From an uncultured Methanoregulaceae archaeon (GTDB lineage Archaea > Halobacteriota > Methanomicrobia > Methanomicrobiales > Methanospirillaceae): a DNA stretch of 64,000 bases. The stretch lies in NCBI GenBank assembly GCA_963705255.1, contig OY970061.1:928001-992000 (forward strand), read 5' to 3'. The notes beneath the pieces are model-generated. The model did not search any database. It saw only the letters and a list, made by a program, of their open reading frames with translations, and was not told the origin of the DNA. Positions 32,715 to 43,577 of this stretch are shown piece after piece. The stretch's first letter is position 1, and each line of letters opens with the position of its first letter. The translations under genes and the position numbers were made by a program.

Positions 32715-34190
32715 TCATTCCTTCTTCTGCTGTAGGTACATGTTGACAGCTGCTGTGATCGCGGCCACCTTCTTGCCCTGCTCGAAAGAGCCGGCAAGAG
32801 TCTGCATCCGGGTCTCTTCGTCCCGTTTATAGCGTTCGAGAGTACTCAGGATGTGCTCTTCCTGCAGGAAGTGCGTGTGCGTGTTCCCTTCAACAAACTG
32901 CTGGTTGTTCATGATCGCATAGTGGAGGGGGAGTGTGGTTCTTATGCCGAGAATAATATATTCGGATATGGCCCGTCGCATCCGCATTATCGCCTCGGCC
33001 CTGGTACTGTCCCAGGCACAGAGTTTTGCGATCATCGAATCATAATTGGGCGGGATCGTATAACCCATGTGGATGCCGCTGTCAACGCGAATGCCCGGAC
33101 CGCCAGGAGATCGGTACCGGATAATTTTCCCCGGGTCGGCAGCAAAGTTGTTGAGCGGGTCTTCTGCATTTATCCGGCACTCAATCGCATGGCCGCGGAT
33201 CGAAAGGTTCGCCTGTTCAAACGGCAACTGTTCCCCGGCAGCGATGGCGATCTGCTGTTTGACCAGGTCGATTCCGGTAATTATCTCGGTAATGGTGTGT
33301 TCGACCTGGAGGCGGGTGTTCATCTCCATGAAATAATATTCTCCCTTGCTGTACAGGAACTCCACGGAACCAGCGTTGGTGTAGTCCGATGCCTCCGCTA
33401 CCTTGAGTGCGGACAACGACATCCGTTCACGCAGTTCCGGACTCATGATTGGGGACGGTGCCTCTTCGATGAGTTTCTGATGCCGGCGCTGGATCGAACA
33501 TTCCCGGTCGTAAAGGTGGACGGCATTGCCGTGTTCGTCGGCAAGCACCTGGAATTCGATATGGCGGGGCTTGACAAGGTATTTTTCGATGAATACCGTT
33601 GCATCGCCAAAAGCTGACTTGGCGATGCGCATGCCGGCCGTGATCGCATCTTCAAGGGCTTTTTCATCATGGACGATCTGCATCCCGATACCGCCCCCGC
33701 CGGCGCTGGCCTTGACTATAACCGGGTAGCCGATCTGGAGTGCAACCTTTTTTGCATCATCGATATTGTTTATGCCACCTTCTGTACCGGGCAGAACAGG
33801 GACACCTGCATCCCTCATCATCTGTTTGCTTCCGATCTTTGATCCCATCGCCTTGATCGTTTTCCAGCGGGGCCCGATGAAGATCACGTTCTCGTCAAGG
33901 CACAGTTTGGCAAACCGGTAATTTTCTGCCAGGAACCCGTAACCCGGGTGCACGGCCTCGGCACCGCTTTTCTTGGCGATATCAATGATTCTCTCCATGT
34001 TAAGGTAACTCTTGGAAGGATGGGCATCACCGACATGAAACGCCTCATCAGCATACTTGACGTGGAGGGCATTTTTGTCGGCAGTAGAGTAAATTGCCAC
34101 CGTTTCAATGCCAAGCTCCCGGCACGCGCGCATGACCCGGATGGCAATTTCACCGCGGTTGGCGATCAGCAGTTTTTCAAAATATTTCAT
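32715..34190 (-). CDS. pycA: Pyruvate carboxylase subunit A (biotin carboxylase)
   Basis: ANRGEIA, HPGYGFLAEN, GGGGIGM, RECSIQRRHQK, EMNTRLQVEH. Confidence 0.95.
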   Translation of the reverse strand: MKYFEKLLIANRGEIAIRVMRACRELGIETVAIYSTADKNALHVKYADEAFHVGDAHPSKSYLNMERIIDIAKKSGAEAVHPGYGFLAENYRFAKLCLDENVIFIGPRWKTIKAMGSKIGSKQMMRDAGVPVLPGTEGGINNIDDAKKVALQIGYPVIVKASAGGGGIGMQIVHDEKALEDAITAGMRIAKSAFGDATVFIEKYLVKPRHIEFQVLADEHGNAVHLYDRECSIQRRHQKLIEEAPSPIMSPELRERMSLSALKVAEASDYTNAGSVEFLYSKGEYYFMEMNTRLQVEHTITEIITGIDLVKQQIAIAAGEQLPFEQANLSIRGHAIECRINAEDPLNNFAADPGKIIRYRSPGGPGIRVDSGIHMGYTIPPNYDSMIAKLCAWDSTRAEAIMRMRRAISEYIILGIRTTLPLHYAIMNNQQFVEGNTHTHFLQEEHILSTLERYKRDEETRMQTLAGSFEQGKKVAAITAAVNMYLQQKKE

Positions 34191-35925
34191 TGAACCACCA
34201 GCAGGACATCGCCGTTCTGGACGACATCGCCGGTATCGACAAAGATCTCGGTGACCTTTCCATTGACCGGGCTGTGTATCGGATTCTCCATCTTCATCGC
34301 TTCAAGGACAACGAGGGTATCGCCTTTCTTCACAACGGTCCCCCGGCTGACGAGGACCTGAAGTACCATACCCTGGATATTGCTCTTGACGCCCCCTGCA
34401 AATTCACCCCTCGGGATCTTCTGGGGTGTGACGCCGGTCACTTCAATTTTGCTCCCGCCGACGGAGACGATCCGGACGGAAAAGACCTCGCCATCAACTT
34501 CTACTTCCATCTGGCTCGGGACCTCTGCAGAAGGTTTTGATGAGGTCTGGTTTTTTGGGATCTCTTCGAGGGATCGCTCACCCTTGAGGAACGAGGGTGC
34601 AATCGCCGGGTAAAGGATATAGGTGAGGATGTCCTCTTCTTTCCTGACAAGACCCGCGCTTATCGCTTCCTCTTTCATCTTCTCGTACGCAGGTTCAAGG
34701 AGGTCTGCGGGACGGACTGTGATCACCTCTTCGTCGCCTATGATCATGGTGCGGATCTCATCGGTGACCGGTGCGGGAGATTTTCCATACAATCCCCTCA
34801 TGTAGTCTTTGACTTCTTTTGTCACATTCCGGTACCGTTCCCCGTTCACCAGCACATTGAGTACTGCCTGCGTCCCGACAATCTGGCTGGTCGGGGTAAC
34901 AAGCGGGGGATAACCTAGGTCCTTTCGCACGCGGGGAATCTCCTCGAGAACCTCGTCCCAACGGTTCAGTGCGTCCTGTTCCTGGAGCTGAGAGACAATG
35001 TTGGAGATCATTCCCCCCGGCAGCTGGTAAATGAGTACATCGCTGTCGACCCGTTCCGAGATCGGATTGAGCAGCCCTGCATATTTCGACCGTATCTGCA
35101 GGCAGGCATTGCGGACCGCCCTGAGTTTGATAAGATCAATTCCCGTCTCGCGGGGTGTGCCGATCAGGGACGCGACGACGCTCTCGGTGGGTGGCTGTGA
35201 AGTCCCCATGGAAAACGGCGACATTGCGGTGTCGAGGATATCGACACCTGCCTCAATTGCTGCCTGGTAACTCATGGGTGCGATCCCGCTCGTGGAATGG
35301 CTGTGCAGGCAGACTTTGACATCCACCGCTTTCTTGATCCCCGCAATCAGCTCCTGTGCTGCGCACGGCATAATGAGTCCAGCCATGTCCTTGACACAGA
35401 TGGAATCGCAATCGAGTGCATAGAGATCTTTTGCCATCTCAATAAAAGTCTGGGTATCATGGACCGGGCTGGTCGTATAGGATATCGTGCTCTGGAGGTG
35501 GGCCCCCGCTTTTTTCACCTGGTCCATCGACCGTGTCATGTTCCTGATGTCATTCAGGGCATCGAATACGCGGAAAATATCGACGCCGTTTTTATAGGAT
35601 GCATCGATGAATTTGTCGACAACGTCATCCGGGTAATGACGGTACCCGACAAGGTTCTGGCCCCTGAGCAGCATCTGGATGGGCGTGTGCCGGAGTCGGC
35701 CTTGAGTGCCCGGAGACGGTCCCACGGGTCATCATTTAAAAACCGGATGCAGGTGTCGAACGTAGCACCGCCCCATGCTTCGACCGAGAAGAACCCGCAA
35801 TGATCGATCTCACGTGCCAGAGGAAGCATATCCTCTGTCCGGAGCCGTGTCGCGATCAGCGACTGATGCGCATCGCGCAGGGTCGTGTCAGTGATCAGGA
35901 CTTTTTGAGGAGATGCGGTGCGCAT
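34187..35925 (-). CDS. pycB: Pyruvate carboxylase subunit B (carboxyltransferase plus biotinyl domain), frameshift ~35700
   Basis: [39 protein letters not shown] biotin site. Confidence 0.95.
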
Positions 35926-35976
35926 AACGTGAAACCTCAGGCGGGACTCAAAAATCATTTGTAGCCTCTCAAAAAT

Positions 35977-36630
35977 TCATCGGTATAGTATAAAAAATTC
36001 ACTAACGGGAAGGAAGGTAATGATGAAAATACCGGCAGCGGCAAGAGACCCAATGATGTCCGTTCCCGTTGTCCTGAATTCGGGGCACAGAGTTCCGCCG
36101 TTATGGTACCCTCTTACGGCAAGAATGTCGGCGGCAGCGTCAGCACGGGAAAGTGCGCCATGAACGAGAATGAGCCCTGTCGGGACAATACTCCCCACCC
36201 CCCAGAAAATACCCTTGAGCTTTTCGGATATCCTGATCCGGTCGAAATCCGCAACAAGTAAATTCAGTGACTGCATCCCCATTTCGGCGAGCAGGCCAAG
36301 TTCGAACCCTGCCCTGTCACCGAACATCCAGACCGCGAGCTCAAGGAATTCTTTGCTCTGCTGCTCCTGATACACCCACATCCCGATAAGGACGATCACC
36401 AGCATACGGAAAAAATAGGATAGCCCGCCACCGCCGGTTAATTCAACAATAGCGCTGAAAAATGCCATCAGAACGATCAGGGGGACCATGAGCCAGAATT
36501 GTTTTAGAATCTGAAGACGCTTGGTAAATACCAGCCACCAGATAAAAACCAGAAATGCTCCGGTAATACTGAGAAATGCTGCGAGGGAGAGAACGATCGC
36601 AGCGCCTATCCGCAGCCTTACGTCCTGCAT
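35977..36630 (-). CDS. Putative ECF transporter T (membrane) component
   Basis: Hydrophobic, LAVRGY motif near the C-terminus; sits in the bioY-ATPase operon. Confidence 0.65.
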   Translation of the reverse strand: MQDVRLRIGAAIVLSLAAFLSITGAFLVFIWWLVFTKRLQILKQFWLMVPLIVLMAFFSAIVELTGGGGLSYFFRMLVIVLIGMWVYQEQQSKEFLELAVWMFGDRAGFELGLLAEMGMQSLNLLVADFDRIRISEKLKGIFWGVGSIVPTGLILVHGALSRADAAADILAVRGYHNGGTLCPEFRTTGTDIIGSLAAAGIFIITFLPVSEFFILYR

Positions 36631-37310
36631 GCCGCCTCCAGCAGATCTTCCGGCGAGATATTGTACGGAGTCCTTCCTGCAGCCATGAGGTTTTTGATAA
36701 TCCCCGGGGCATGCTGCCATGCACCGAGTGCTTCCGGCATTCCTCCAAGATACCGGAGCTCACAGTTTTGGATCTCCCAGAGATGATCGACCCGGGGAAA
36801 CAGGGTCTGCTCATGCGTGATAATTATGGTAATTCCCTTTTTCCGGAGGGACAGGTCATGGCATACCCGTTCTTTTTCCTGAACATCCAGCGAACTGAAC
36901 GGTTCATCGAGTATCAAAAGATCATACTGTCCGCCTAGCACACATGCCAGGTTGAGGCGCTTCAGTTCGCCCCGGCTCAGCTTCAGGGGATTGAGCTCTT
37001 TTTTCCCGTACAGTTTTACTGATGAAAGCACCGTGAAAGGATCAAGCCCCCATGATGTGCACTCCTCTTCAAGAGTCAGGCCGGTGATATGGGATTCCGG
37101 AAACTGGAAGGAGACCATTACCGACGTGACCCCTTCCATGTCAATAGAGCCGGAGAAGGAACTGAAAAGTCCGGATAACAGCAGCGCCAGCGTGGACTTC
37201 CCGCTCCCGATATTCCCGCTGATCAAGTGGACTCCTTCACTGAAAGTTCCGCGTGCTGAAAGTGACCACTCCCCGCGGATAGCACGCACCGAATCCATAG
37301 TAATCTTCAT
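36618..37310 (-). CDS. ECF/ABC ATP-binding protein
   Basis: GNIGSGKST, FQFPE, LSRGE, LILDEP. Confidence 0.88.
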   Translation of the reverse strand: MKITMDSVRAIRGEWSLSARGTFSEGVHLISGNIGSGKSTLALLLSGLFSSFSGSIDMEGVTSVMVSFQFPESHITGLTLEEECTSWGLDPFTVLSSVKLYGKKELNPLKLSRGELKRLNLACVLGGQYDLLILDEPFSSLDVQEKERVCHDLSLRKKGITIIITHEQTLFPRVDHLWEIQNCELRYLGGMPEALGAWQHAPGIIKNLMAAGRTPYNISPEDLLEAACRT

Positions 37311-37977
37311 CGTGAGCACTTCCATGACAATGGATAATACGGTGTGCCGGCAAGCGAAGCAAAGACGGATTCCGGTGTGCCGGCAAAACAGACACTTCCG
37401 TTTTCCAGATACACGAGATGATCTCCGCAGGATGCCCTTTCCATGTCCTGCGTGCAGCAGATGATGTAAGGAACATCGCTCTTCCTGATCACGAGGTCGG
37501 CAGAACCTGCCAGGTCAGCATCCAGGTGGGAATCGCATTCGTCAAGAATAAGGACCAGTGGGTGATGAACGAGTGCTGTCGCAAGGGCAACGAGCACTTT
37601 TTCCCCCCGGAAAGTCCGCGTATCTGTCGCTTTGAGAGATGAGTGATGCCCAGCGTTTCCATACAAAGACTGACCTGACTATCAATCTCTTTGCATTTCG
37701 TATGGCGGAATCTGAGCGGGGAAGCGATCTCATCCTCCACGGTCTCAAACAGGATGTTCCGGTCAGGAAATTCATTGATCCATCCGGTATCGATCTCCCG
37801 GGGGGGAGCACCATCAATCAGCACGCTCCCGGATTCGGGCAGAACGATACCGGCAAGAATCTTGAGGAGCGTTGTCTTTCCGCTGCCATTCGGGCCGATG
37901 ATCGATGTCATTCCCGGCCCGATAGCAAGCGAGCTGATCCCGACTACACCGAACCGGAGGTTTGCAATCGTGATCAT
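37307..37977 (-). CDS. ECF/ABC ATP-binding protein (frameshift ~37605)
   Basis: GPNGSGKTT, LSGG then LILDECDSHLD in the shifted frame. Confidence 0.85.
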
Positions 37978-38483
37978 GGAAGATTTTTCGCAATTGTGTA
38001 GGCAACCGATGCCTTGAGAGCATCACCGGGAACGAAGGGAAGTGCTCCCACAATCACTGAAGGGAGGAAAGCCCTTCCGAGGGAAATCATAAGCCAAGCC
38101 ACCCCGCAGGCATAGATAATCACGGTTGCGGCTACGATCCCGGTAATACGAATATAAGCGGACTCATGTTCATAGGCAAGACCCACTGCAAGGGCAGCAA
38201 AGATGAACCCGATCAGGTATCCCCCGGTCGGCCCGAGAAGCACTCCAAAACCTGTTATGCCATTATGAAATATCGGGAGACCGAGAGCACCGAGGATCAG
38301 ATAGAGTGATACCGGAATTAACGCATACTTCCGCATCACTGCACCCGCAAGAATGATAAACAGGGTCTGGAGGGTGAACGGGACCGGGAAAAACGGGATG
38401 GAAACCCAGCTTCCCAGTGCGATGAGGGCGATAAACGCGGCTGAATGACTGATGACCCGTGACCTGTTCAAGTCTCCAAACAT
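37974..38483 (-). CDS. bioY: Biotin ECF transporter S component
   Basis: PVPFTLQT, GLPIF, GPTGGYLIGF, PGDALK. Confidence 0.95.
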   Translation of the reverse strand: MFGDLNRSRVISHSAAFIALIALGSWVSIPFFPVPFTLQTLFIILAGAVMRKYALIPVSLYLILGALGLPIFHNGITGFGVLLGPTGGYLIGFIFAALAVGLAYEHESAYIRITGIVAATVIIYACGVAWLMISLGRAFLPSVIVGALPFVPGDALKASVAYTIAKNLP

Positions 38484-38515
38484 CGTCAACCCAAAAGAAT
38501 TATGCGGTTGACGAT
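38482..38515. promoter_or_regulatory. BirA operator upstream of bioY
   Basis: Perfect inverted repeat ATCGTCAAC-N16-GTTGACGAT matching the BirA TGTtAAC-N16-GTTaACA architecture; overlaps the bioY start. Confidence 0.85.
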
Positions 38516-38528
38516 AAAAAAGTAATGA

Positions 38529-39518
38529 TTACTGGTGAGAACAGTCGCCGGCGATGACCCGTTCGAGTTTCCCGTTGTCTTTTCGTATGATGAGTGCACC
38601 GAATTCATCGATGTCAACCGCATCACCTTCGAAACTGTTCTTGAGGGTACGGATCTGGACCCGGTTTTCGAGAGTACAGGACATGCTCTTCCATTCCTGG
38701 ATAATTGCATCGTATTCCCCGCTTTCGATGAGGAGATAACGACTTTCAAATTCTTTGAGAATACGGGCAAGGAACGAGGCACGGTCAACCTCATGCCCGA
38801 CCTCAGCACTGATAGTGGTAATGCTGTTCTGGAGGGACGGCGAAAAATTGTTCAGGTGCACATTCACGTCAATACCGATTCCAAGGAGGCAATGATGGAC
38901 CGTATCGGCCTCTGCAGAAAGCTCTAGGAGCAGCCCGGCAACTTTCTTGCTACCGATAAAAATATCATTCGGCCATTTGATCAGGGCGCCAAGATCGAAC
39001 TCCTTACGGATTGCCCGGGCAACGGCAATTGAACCTGCCATCGTTATCATGAAGACATGATCGATAGGCACATGGGGTTTGAGCACAATCGTTATCCAGA
39101 TCCCACCACTTGGGGAGACCCACGCCCTTCCCATTCTGCCGATACCGCCGGTCTGCTCTTCAGCGATGATCACCATGCCATGCATCTTCTCGACATCACC
39201 TTCCGAGCAGAGCTGCTTGCCTATCCAGATCGTGGAGGGGGTATTCTCGAGATACCGCATTTTTTTGCCGATAAATTTGGTCTGGAGACTTTTATGGATC
39301 TCGTACGGAAGCAGCTTGGCACTTGTACAGGTGAGCCGGTACCCTTCTTTCTGTGAGGAAGAGATATCATAGCCCATCATGCGGAGCTCATTGATGTGCT
39401 TCCATACCGCTGACCTTGTAATCCCGAGTTCGTTGCTGATAACCTCCCCGGATATCGAGGTTGTTGAACGTTCAAGGATTTCGAGCACTTTAAACGCAGA
39501 ATCTGGCAAGGATATCAC
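38529..39518 (-). CDS. birA: Bifunctional biotin ligase/repressor
   Basis: N-terminal wHTH (ISGE..LGITRSAVWKHI), QTGGIGRMGRAW, KWPND, KVAGLL. GTG start overlaps the upstream stop. Confidence 0.93.
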   Translation of the reverse strand: MISLPDSAFKVLEILERSTTSISGEVISNELGITRSAVWKHINELRMMGYDISSSQKEGYRLTCTSAKLLPYEIHKSLQTKFIGKKMRYLENTPSTIWIGKQLCSEGDVEKMHGMVIIAEEQTGGIGRMGRAWVSPSGGIWITIVLKPHVPIDHVFMITMAGSIAVARAIRKEFDLGALIKWPNDIFIGSKKVAGLLLELSAEADTVHHCLLGIGIDVNVHLNNFSPSLQNSITTISAEVGHEVDRASFLARILKEFESRYLLIESGEYDAIIQEWKSMSCTLENRVQIRTLKNSFEGDAVDIDEFGALIIRKDNGKLERVIAGDCSHQ

Positions 39519-39937
39519 CGCTTGGACTCGATAAGTTCCGATGGAAGAGGGCAGGGATCTTTCCCGCATACCTGTTTGAGTATCGCAGACTGGTGTTCCA
39601 TAAGCGTGGCGAGATCAAATATTCCAGTTATATCAACCACACCGATTGCACCAATCGCTTTCCCCTCATGGTCCCTGATTGGCGCGACCGCAACCGGTAC
39701 CCCCTTGTATGCACCTGATGAAGGGGTGATTTTTATCAGCTGGTTTTTGGAGATCGCTTCAATGAGGACAGGGCCGTTGTAATGGCGGTCGATGACTCTC
39801 CCGTCCTCAACCCGGATCCCGTCCCTTTCGAGAGATTTTGCCGTGACCGGGAGCCGGTGGATCAGCTCATGGAGTGCGAGGACAATCGGTTCAAGGTCGG
39901 CGGCCTCTGCGCTGCAGGACAATGTATAGCGGTGCAT
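39515..39937 (-). CDS. Conserved methanogen protein (DUF2111-like)
   Basis: LPVTAKS, YNGPVL, GAYKGVPV, AIGVVD. Confidence 0.7.
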   Translation of the reverse strand: MHRYTLSCSAEAADLEPIVLALHELIHRLPVTAKSLERDGIRVEDGRVIDRHYNGPVLIEAISKNQLIKITPSSGAYKGVPVAVAPIRDHEGKAIGAIGVVDITGIFDLATLMEHQSAILKQVCGKDPCPLPSELIESKR

Positions 39938-40265
39938 AAAAATACCTCAATACTCTGGTCATTTTCTATCTAGAAGAAGGTTGCGCCGCTTGCTGACGCA
40001 GACGACCCAGAAATCAGGCAGGTAATAAATTCGGCTTTGTGGAAATCATCAGAAAATTCGGTTAACGCTCTTGGGGGAGACTGCTGTTCCTGAAGGGAAG
40101 AGCGGGCTGGAGAAGAACCGACGGGTTCTTCGACTTGAGAGAGGGGTCACCTCCTCCCAGTATCATCAAGCAGTTTGGAAAAAAATGAACAATGAACGGA
40201 TTTCTACAGTGCATAAAATTCGTTTGCAGGAATATCGCAGAATGAACCTGAATCAGGACTAAAAA

Positions 40266-40841
40266 TCAGAATGGTGTCCGGGTTCCCGCACAACAGAATT
40301 TTTTCAGGAAATTGCGGGAGGGAAATTCGTGCACGCTCGTAACTACCACGTTCCCTCTGCCCACCCGCTTTTCGACTATCACGTCCGAGCCGTCTGCGGT
40401 TCCTGCTGTATCTCCGTTATGCGACAGAAAGATCCCATCGCACTCGATGGATGAAGGATCGTAGTCTTCCACGAGGGATCCGGCCGCCGACCCGGGAGAG
40501 CAGACCACCTGTCTCGGATAGCAATCATGCCGGTAGGTAACAGAAAACGGGAGCCAGTCATAGATGTCCGGTTTATCGGTTGCAGCGCCAAAAACGAGGA
40601 GGTTGCCCCCGTTCTCCACGAAATGCCGTATCCTCGCCGATGCTGCCCTGAGGGCGGGGAGCAGATTGGAATATTGGGGATTTCCAAAACCCGTCGGGAT
40701 GATCAGGCAGTTGAATTCGCCCCGGTAGAACGGGGCGGCGAGCATGTGCGGCGTGACGAGTTCGCAGGAGATCCCGCACTCCTCGATGAACCGGTTGAAA
40801 TGTTGCGAGGTCCCCCAGACGAATCCGGCGCGACAACTCAT
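40266..40841 (-). CDS. Hypothetical protein, class I GATase-like fold suspected
   Basis: LIIPTGF, FVENGGNLLVFG, SVHE; ATGA overlap with the rtcB stop. Confidence 0.55.
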   Translation of the reverse strand: MSCRAGFVWGTSQHFNRFIEECGISCELVTPHMLAAPFYRGEFNCLIIPTGFGNPQYSNLLPALRAASARIRHFVENGGNLLVFGAATDKPDIYDWLPFSVTYRHDCYPRQVVCSPGSAAGSLVEDYDPSSIECDGIFLSHNGDTAGTADGSDVIVEKRVGRGNVVVTSVHEFPSRNFLKKFCCAGTRTPF

Positions 40842-42272
40842 CCTTTTATCACTCCTACCGGAGAGAGGCGTGCTACCAGCTGGGAAATTCCCACTTCGTG
40901 CACGACATTTACCACTTCATCACTGGGCTTGTATACGCCGGGTGCTTCATCGGCGATGGCGTTTTCGCTGGGTGCCCGCACGATGATCCCCTCTTTTAAA
41001 AGATTTCCTGCAACTTCCCGGCCACTCAGTCTCTTTTTCAGCTTGGGAACGGCTCATCAACCTCCCCGCTCCATGGCAGGTGCTCCCGAATGTTTTTTCC
41101 ATGGCCCCGGCCGTTCCCTTCAGGATGAACGATGAGGTCCCCATACTGCCCGGGATGATGACCGGCTGGCCGATGGATAAAACGTCAGAAGGGAGGTCCG
41201 GTGACCCTGGTCCGAACGCACGGGTGGCCCCTTTTCGGTGTACGCAGACGTTCATCCGTCGACCATCGATCATATGCTCTTCAAACTTTGCCACGTTGTG
41301 CGCAACATCGTAGATGAGCGGCATATCCTCATAGGGTATGCTGAACATTTTTGACAGAACCTGCCGGACCGTGTGGGTTATCATCTGCCGGTTGGCCCAT
41401 GCATAGTTTGCGGATGCAGCCATGGCACCGAAATACGACTTTCCTTCCTTTGAGGTGATGGGTGCACAGGCCAGCTGACGGTCAGGGAGTGAGATGTGGT
41501 ATTTTTTCGTAGCACCTTCCAGTATTTTCAGGTGGTCCGTGCACACCTGATGGCCGAGGTCCCGTGAACCGCAGTGGATCATGCAGCAGACCTGGCCGGC
41601 TGTAATGCCGAATGCAGCAGCTGCTTCAGGATCATAAATTTCCCGCACAATCTGAATTTCAAGGAAATGGTTGCCTGAGCCAAGCGTTCCGCCCTGAGGA
41701 ATGCCTCTCTGCTTTGCTTTTGCAGATACTTCGGAACTGTCTGCGGCTTTCATGTACCCCTTTTCTTCGCAACGGATGAGATCATGGCTGACACCGTATC
41801 CTTCTTCGACAGCCCAGTGCGCACCCCGGGTCATCATCCCGTCCAGCGAGCGGGCTGTCACGCTGGTTTTGCTTTTTGCTCCGACTCCGGCCGGCACAGA
41901 CCGGAAGAGCTCATCAAAGAGGTCTTTTCTACCCCTGACGTCCGTCTGGGTCAGAGGTGTGGAAAGCAGTCGTACCCCGCAGTTAATATCAAAACCCACA
42001 CCTCCTGGAGAGATTACTCCCTCATCTAGAGAAAATGCGGCAACACCCCCGATAGGAAAACCATATCCCCAATGGATATCAGGCATGGCCAGGGAATATC
42101 TGACGATTCCCGGCATGGTGGCAACATTGGCGAGCTGCTGGACCGCTCCGGGTTCAAGAATCCTGCCCAGTGCCTCTGAAAGGAAAAATCTCCCCGGGAC
42201 ACGCATACCTGGGACAAATCCGATTGGGACTTCCCAGTCATTTGCACCGATCCGCTTTACACCGTCGATCAT
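40838..42272 (-). CDS. rtcB: tRNA-splicing ligase RtcB (frameshift ~41035)
   Basis: MPDIHWGYGFPIGG, GFDINCG, GSGNHF, HRKGAT, PGSMG, CHGAGR. Shifted tail ends EAPGVYK...VGVIKG. Confidence 0.96.
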
Positions 42273-42297
42273 CTGCCTGCCCGCCTCACCGTTTCCT

Positions 42298-42705
42298 TTA
42301 TACATCAAATATGATATCCAGCATATATCCGTTCGTATCCCTGCTGATGGAAAGATCTGAATAGGATATCCCCTTCACTTCGGTTCCTTCCGAATGTCGG
42401 GCACGGTCAAAAAGCTCGCCGTGAAGAGCTGCAGTAAGCTTCAGGCCTTTGATAGTAATCTCAGCATGGGAAAATACCAGTCCTTCAACTTCTGATATGA
42501 AAAGGACTTCTGAAAGAAAGTCGGCGAGGAGCGATTCGATATCGGAGGACTCGATATGCACTTCCTTTACCAGATCCCCGCGACGATCCTTTCCGTAGAT
42601 CACCTGCATCAATGCGCCGAATATCTCGGAAAAAAGAGCATTGGGTGTGTCGGCCCGGACCCGGAACTTTACGTCTGCCGTATGAGGGATATCTTCAAGA
42701 CTCAT
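42298..42705 (-). CDS. Archease
   Basis: HTADV, EVKGISY, C-terminal FDV; directly upstream of rtcB. Confidence 0.93.
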   Translation of the reverse strand: MSLEDIPHTADVKFRVRADTPNALFSEIFGALMQVIYGKDRRGDLVKEVHIESSDIESLLADFLSEVLFISEVEGLVFSHAEITIKGLKLTAALHGELFDRARHSEGTEVKGISYSDLSISRDTNGYMLDIIFDV

Positions 42706-43019
42706 CAGCGTTCGTACCTGACGATCTCATTATCATCGAAGAACGGGATCATCTCCAGGTGGATGGTATGGAGAAATCGTGCCTGATGGATGGATACATA
42801 AACCGTATGATCACCGGCTTTTAAGAGGAGATCGGTTTTTTTGGGAGGTTTCACTCTCGTTGGCAACAGAATCGGGCCGCCACATGAAGTACAGATGCGG
42901 AAATCGCAATCCCGACGGTTGATATATTCAATGACTTCCGGAACAATAGTGACTTCGCCTAGGCTGGCGCAGTCAGGAGAATTGGTACGCATGATGCTGG
43001 TAGTATTGGAACGCACCAC
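42705..43019 (-). CDS. Small conserved CxxC protein (CTSCGGP)
   Basis: ORF in operon, stop overlaps the archease start; start codon uncertain. Confidence 0.65.
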   Translation of the reverse strand: MVRSNTTSIMRTNSPDCASLGEVTIVPEVIEYINRRDCDFRICTSCGGPILLPTRVKPPKKTDLLLKAGDHTVYVSIHQARFLHTIHLEMIPFFDDNEIVRYER

Positions 43020-43046
43020 TAAAAACCGTTATGGATCGGAACAGGG

Positions 43047-43358
43047 TCAGCAGACCCCAACAATACCGATCACAATCTCGACATACTTTTCCTTGAGTGC
43101 ATAGCTGTTCACTCCGTCGGCATTCCGAATTGAGTGCAGGATTCCGATGCGGGAAGCAATAATGCCAACCATCGATGCGATCGCATGGAACGTCACGGTG
43201 AACTGTTTCTGTAGTTCGAAGACCAGTTCAGCAATGGTGATCGATCTTGTTTTTACAAAGCGTCTGAGCACTTCGCGCCGGATCCCAGTCCTGTCACGTG
43301 AAAGGTAGGATCGCAGACGTCCCTCAATGACCCTCTTGATCTCTGAAGGAGATCTCAT
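43047..43358 (-). CDS. Conserved archaeal protein (DUF2551-like, winged-helix suspected)
   Basis: RLRSYLSRD..GIRR, ASMVG..SRIGIL, YALKEKY. Confidence 0.7.
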   Translation of the reverse strand: MRSPSEIKRVIEGRLRSYLSRDRTGIRREVLRRFVKTRSITIAELVFELQKQFTVTFHAIASMVGIIASRIGILHSIRNADGVNSYALKEKYVEIVIGIVGVC

Positions 43359-43577
43359 ACGATAACTGTCAAAGGTCTCTGTATATATAATTTTTGATTT
43401 TGTGCGATTTAAAATCTCCAAAAGGAGATTCAACTGTTTAACGAAGGAACAAAAATTTTCTGCGAAATCCGTAAAATGCGATGATTCTCGCGTATTTGAT
43501 CGCGGCTGCCCCAGATCGGACGCGAAACAAATGACACTCTGATAAGTATTTATTTTCTGTAAACAGATAATTACACT

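Noticed and set aside
32715-35925. Acetyl-CoA carboxylase supplying malonyl units to the ACP cluster
   Set aside because: Subunit B is a pyruvate carboxyltransferase-biotinyl protein, so this is the standard archaeal PycAB.
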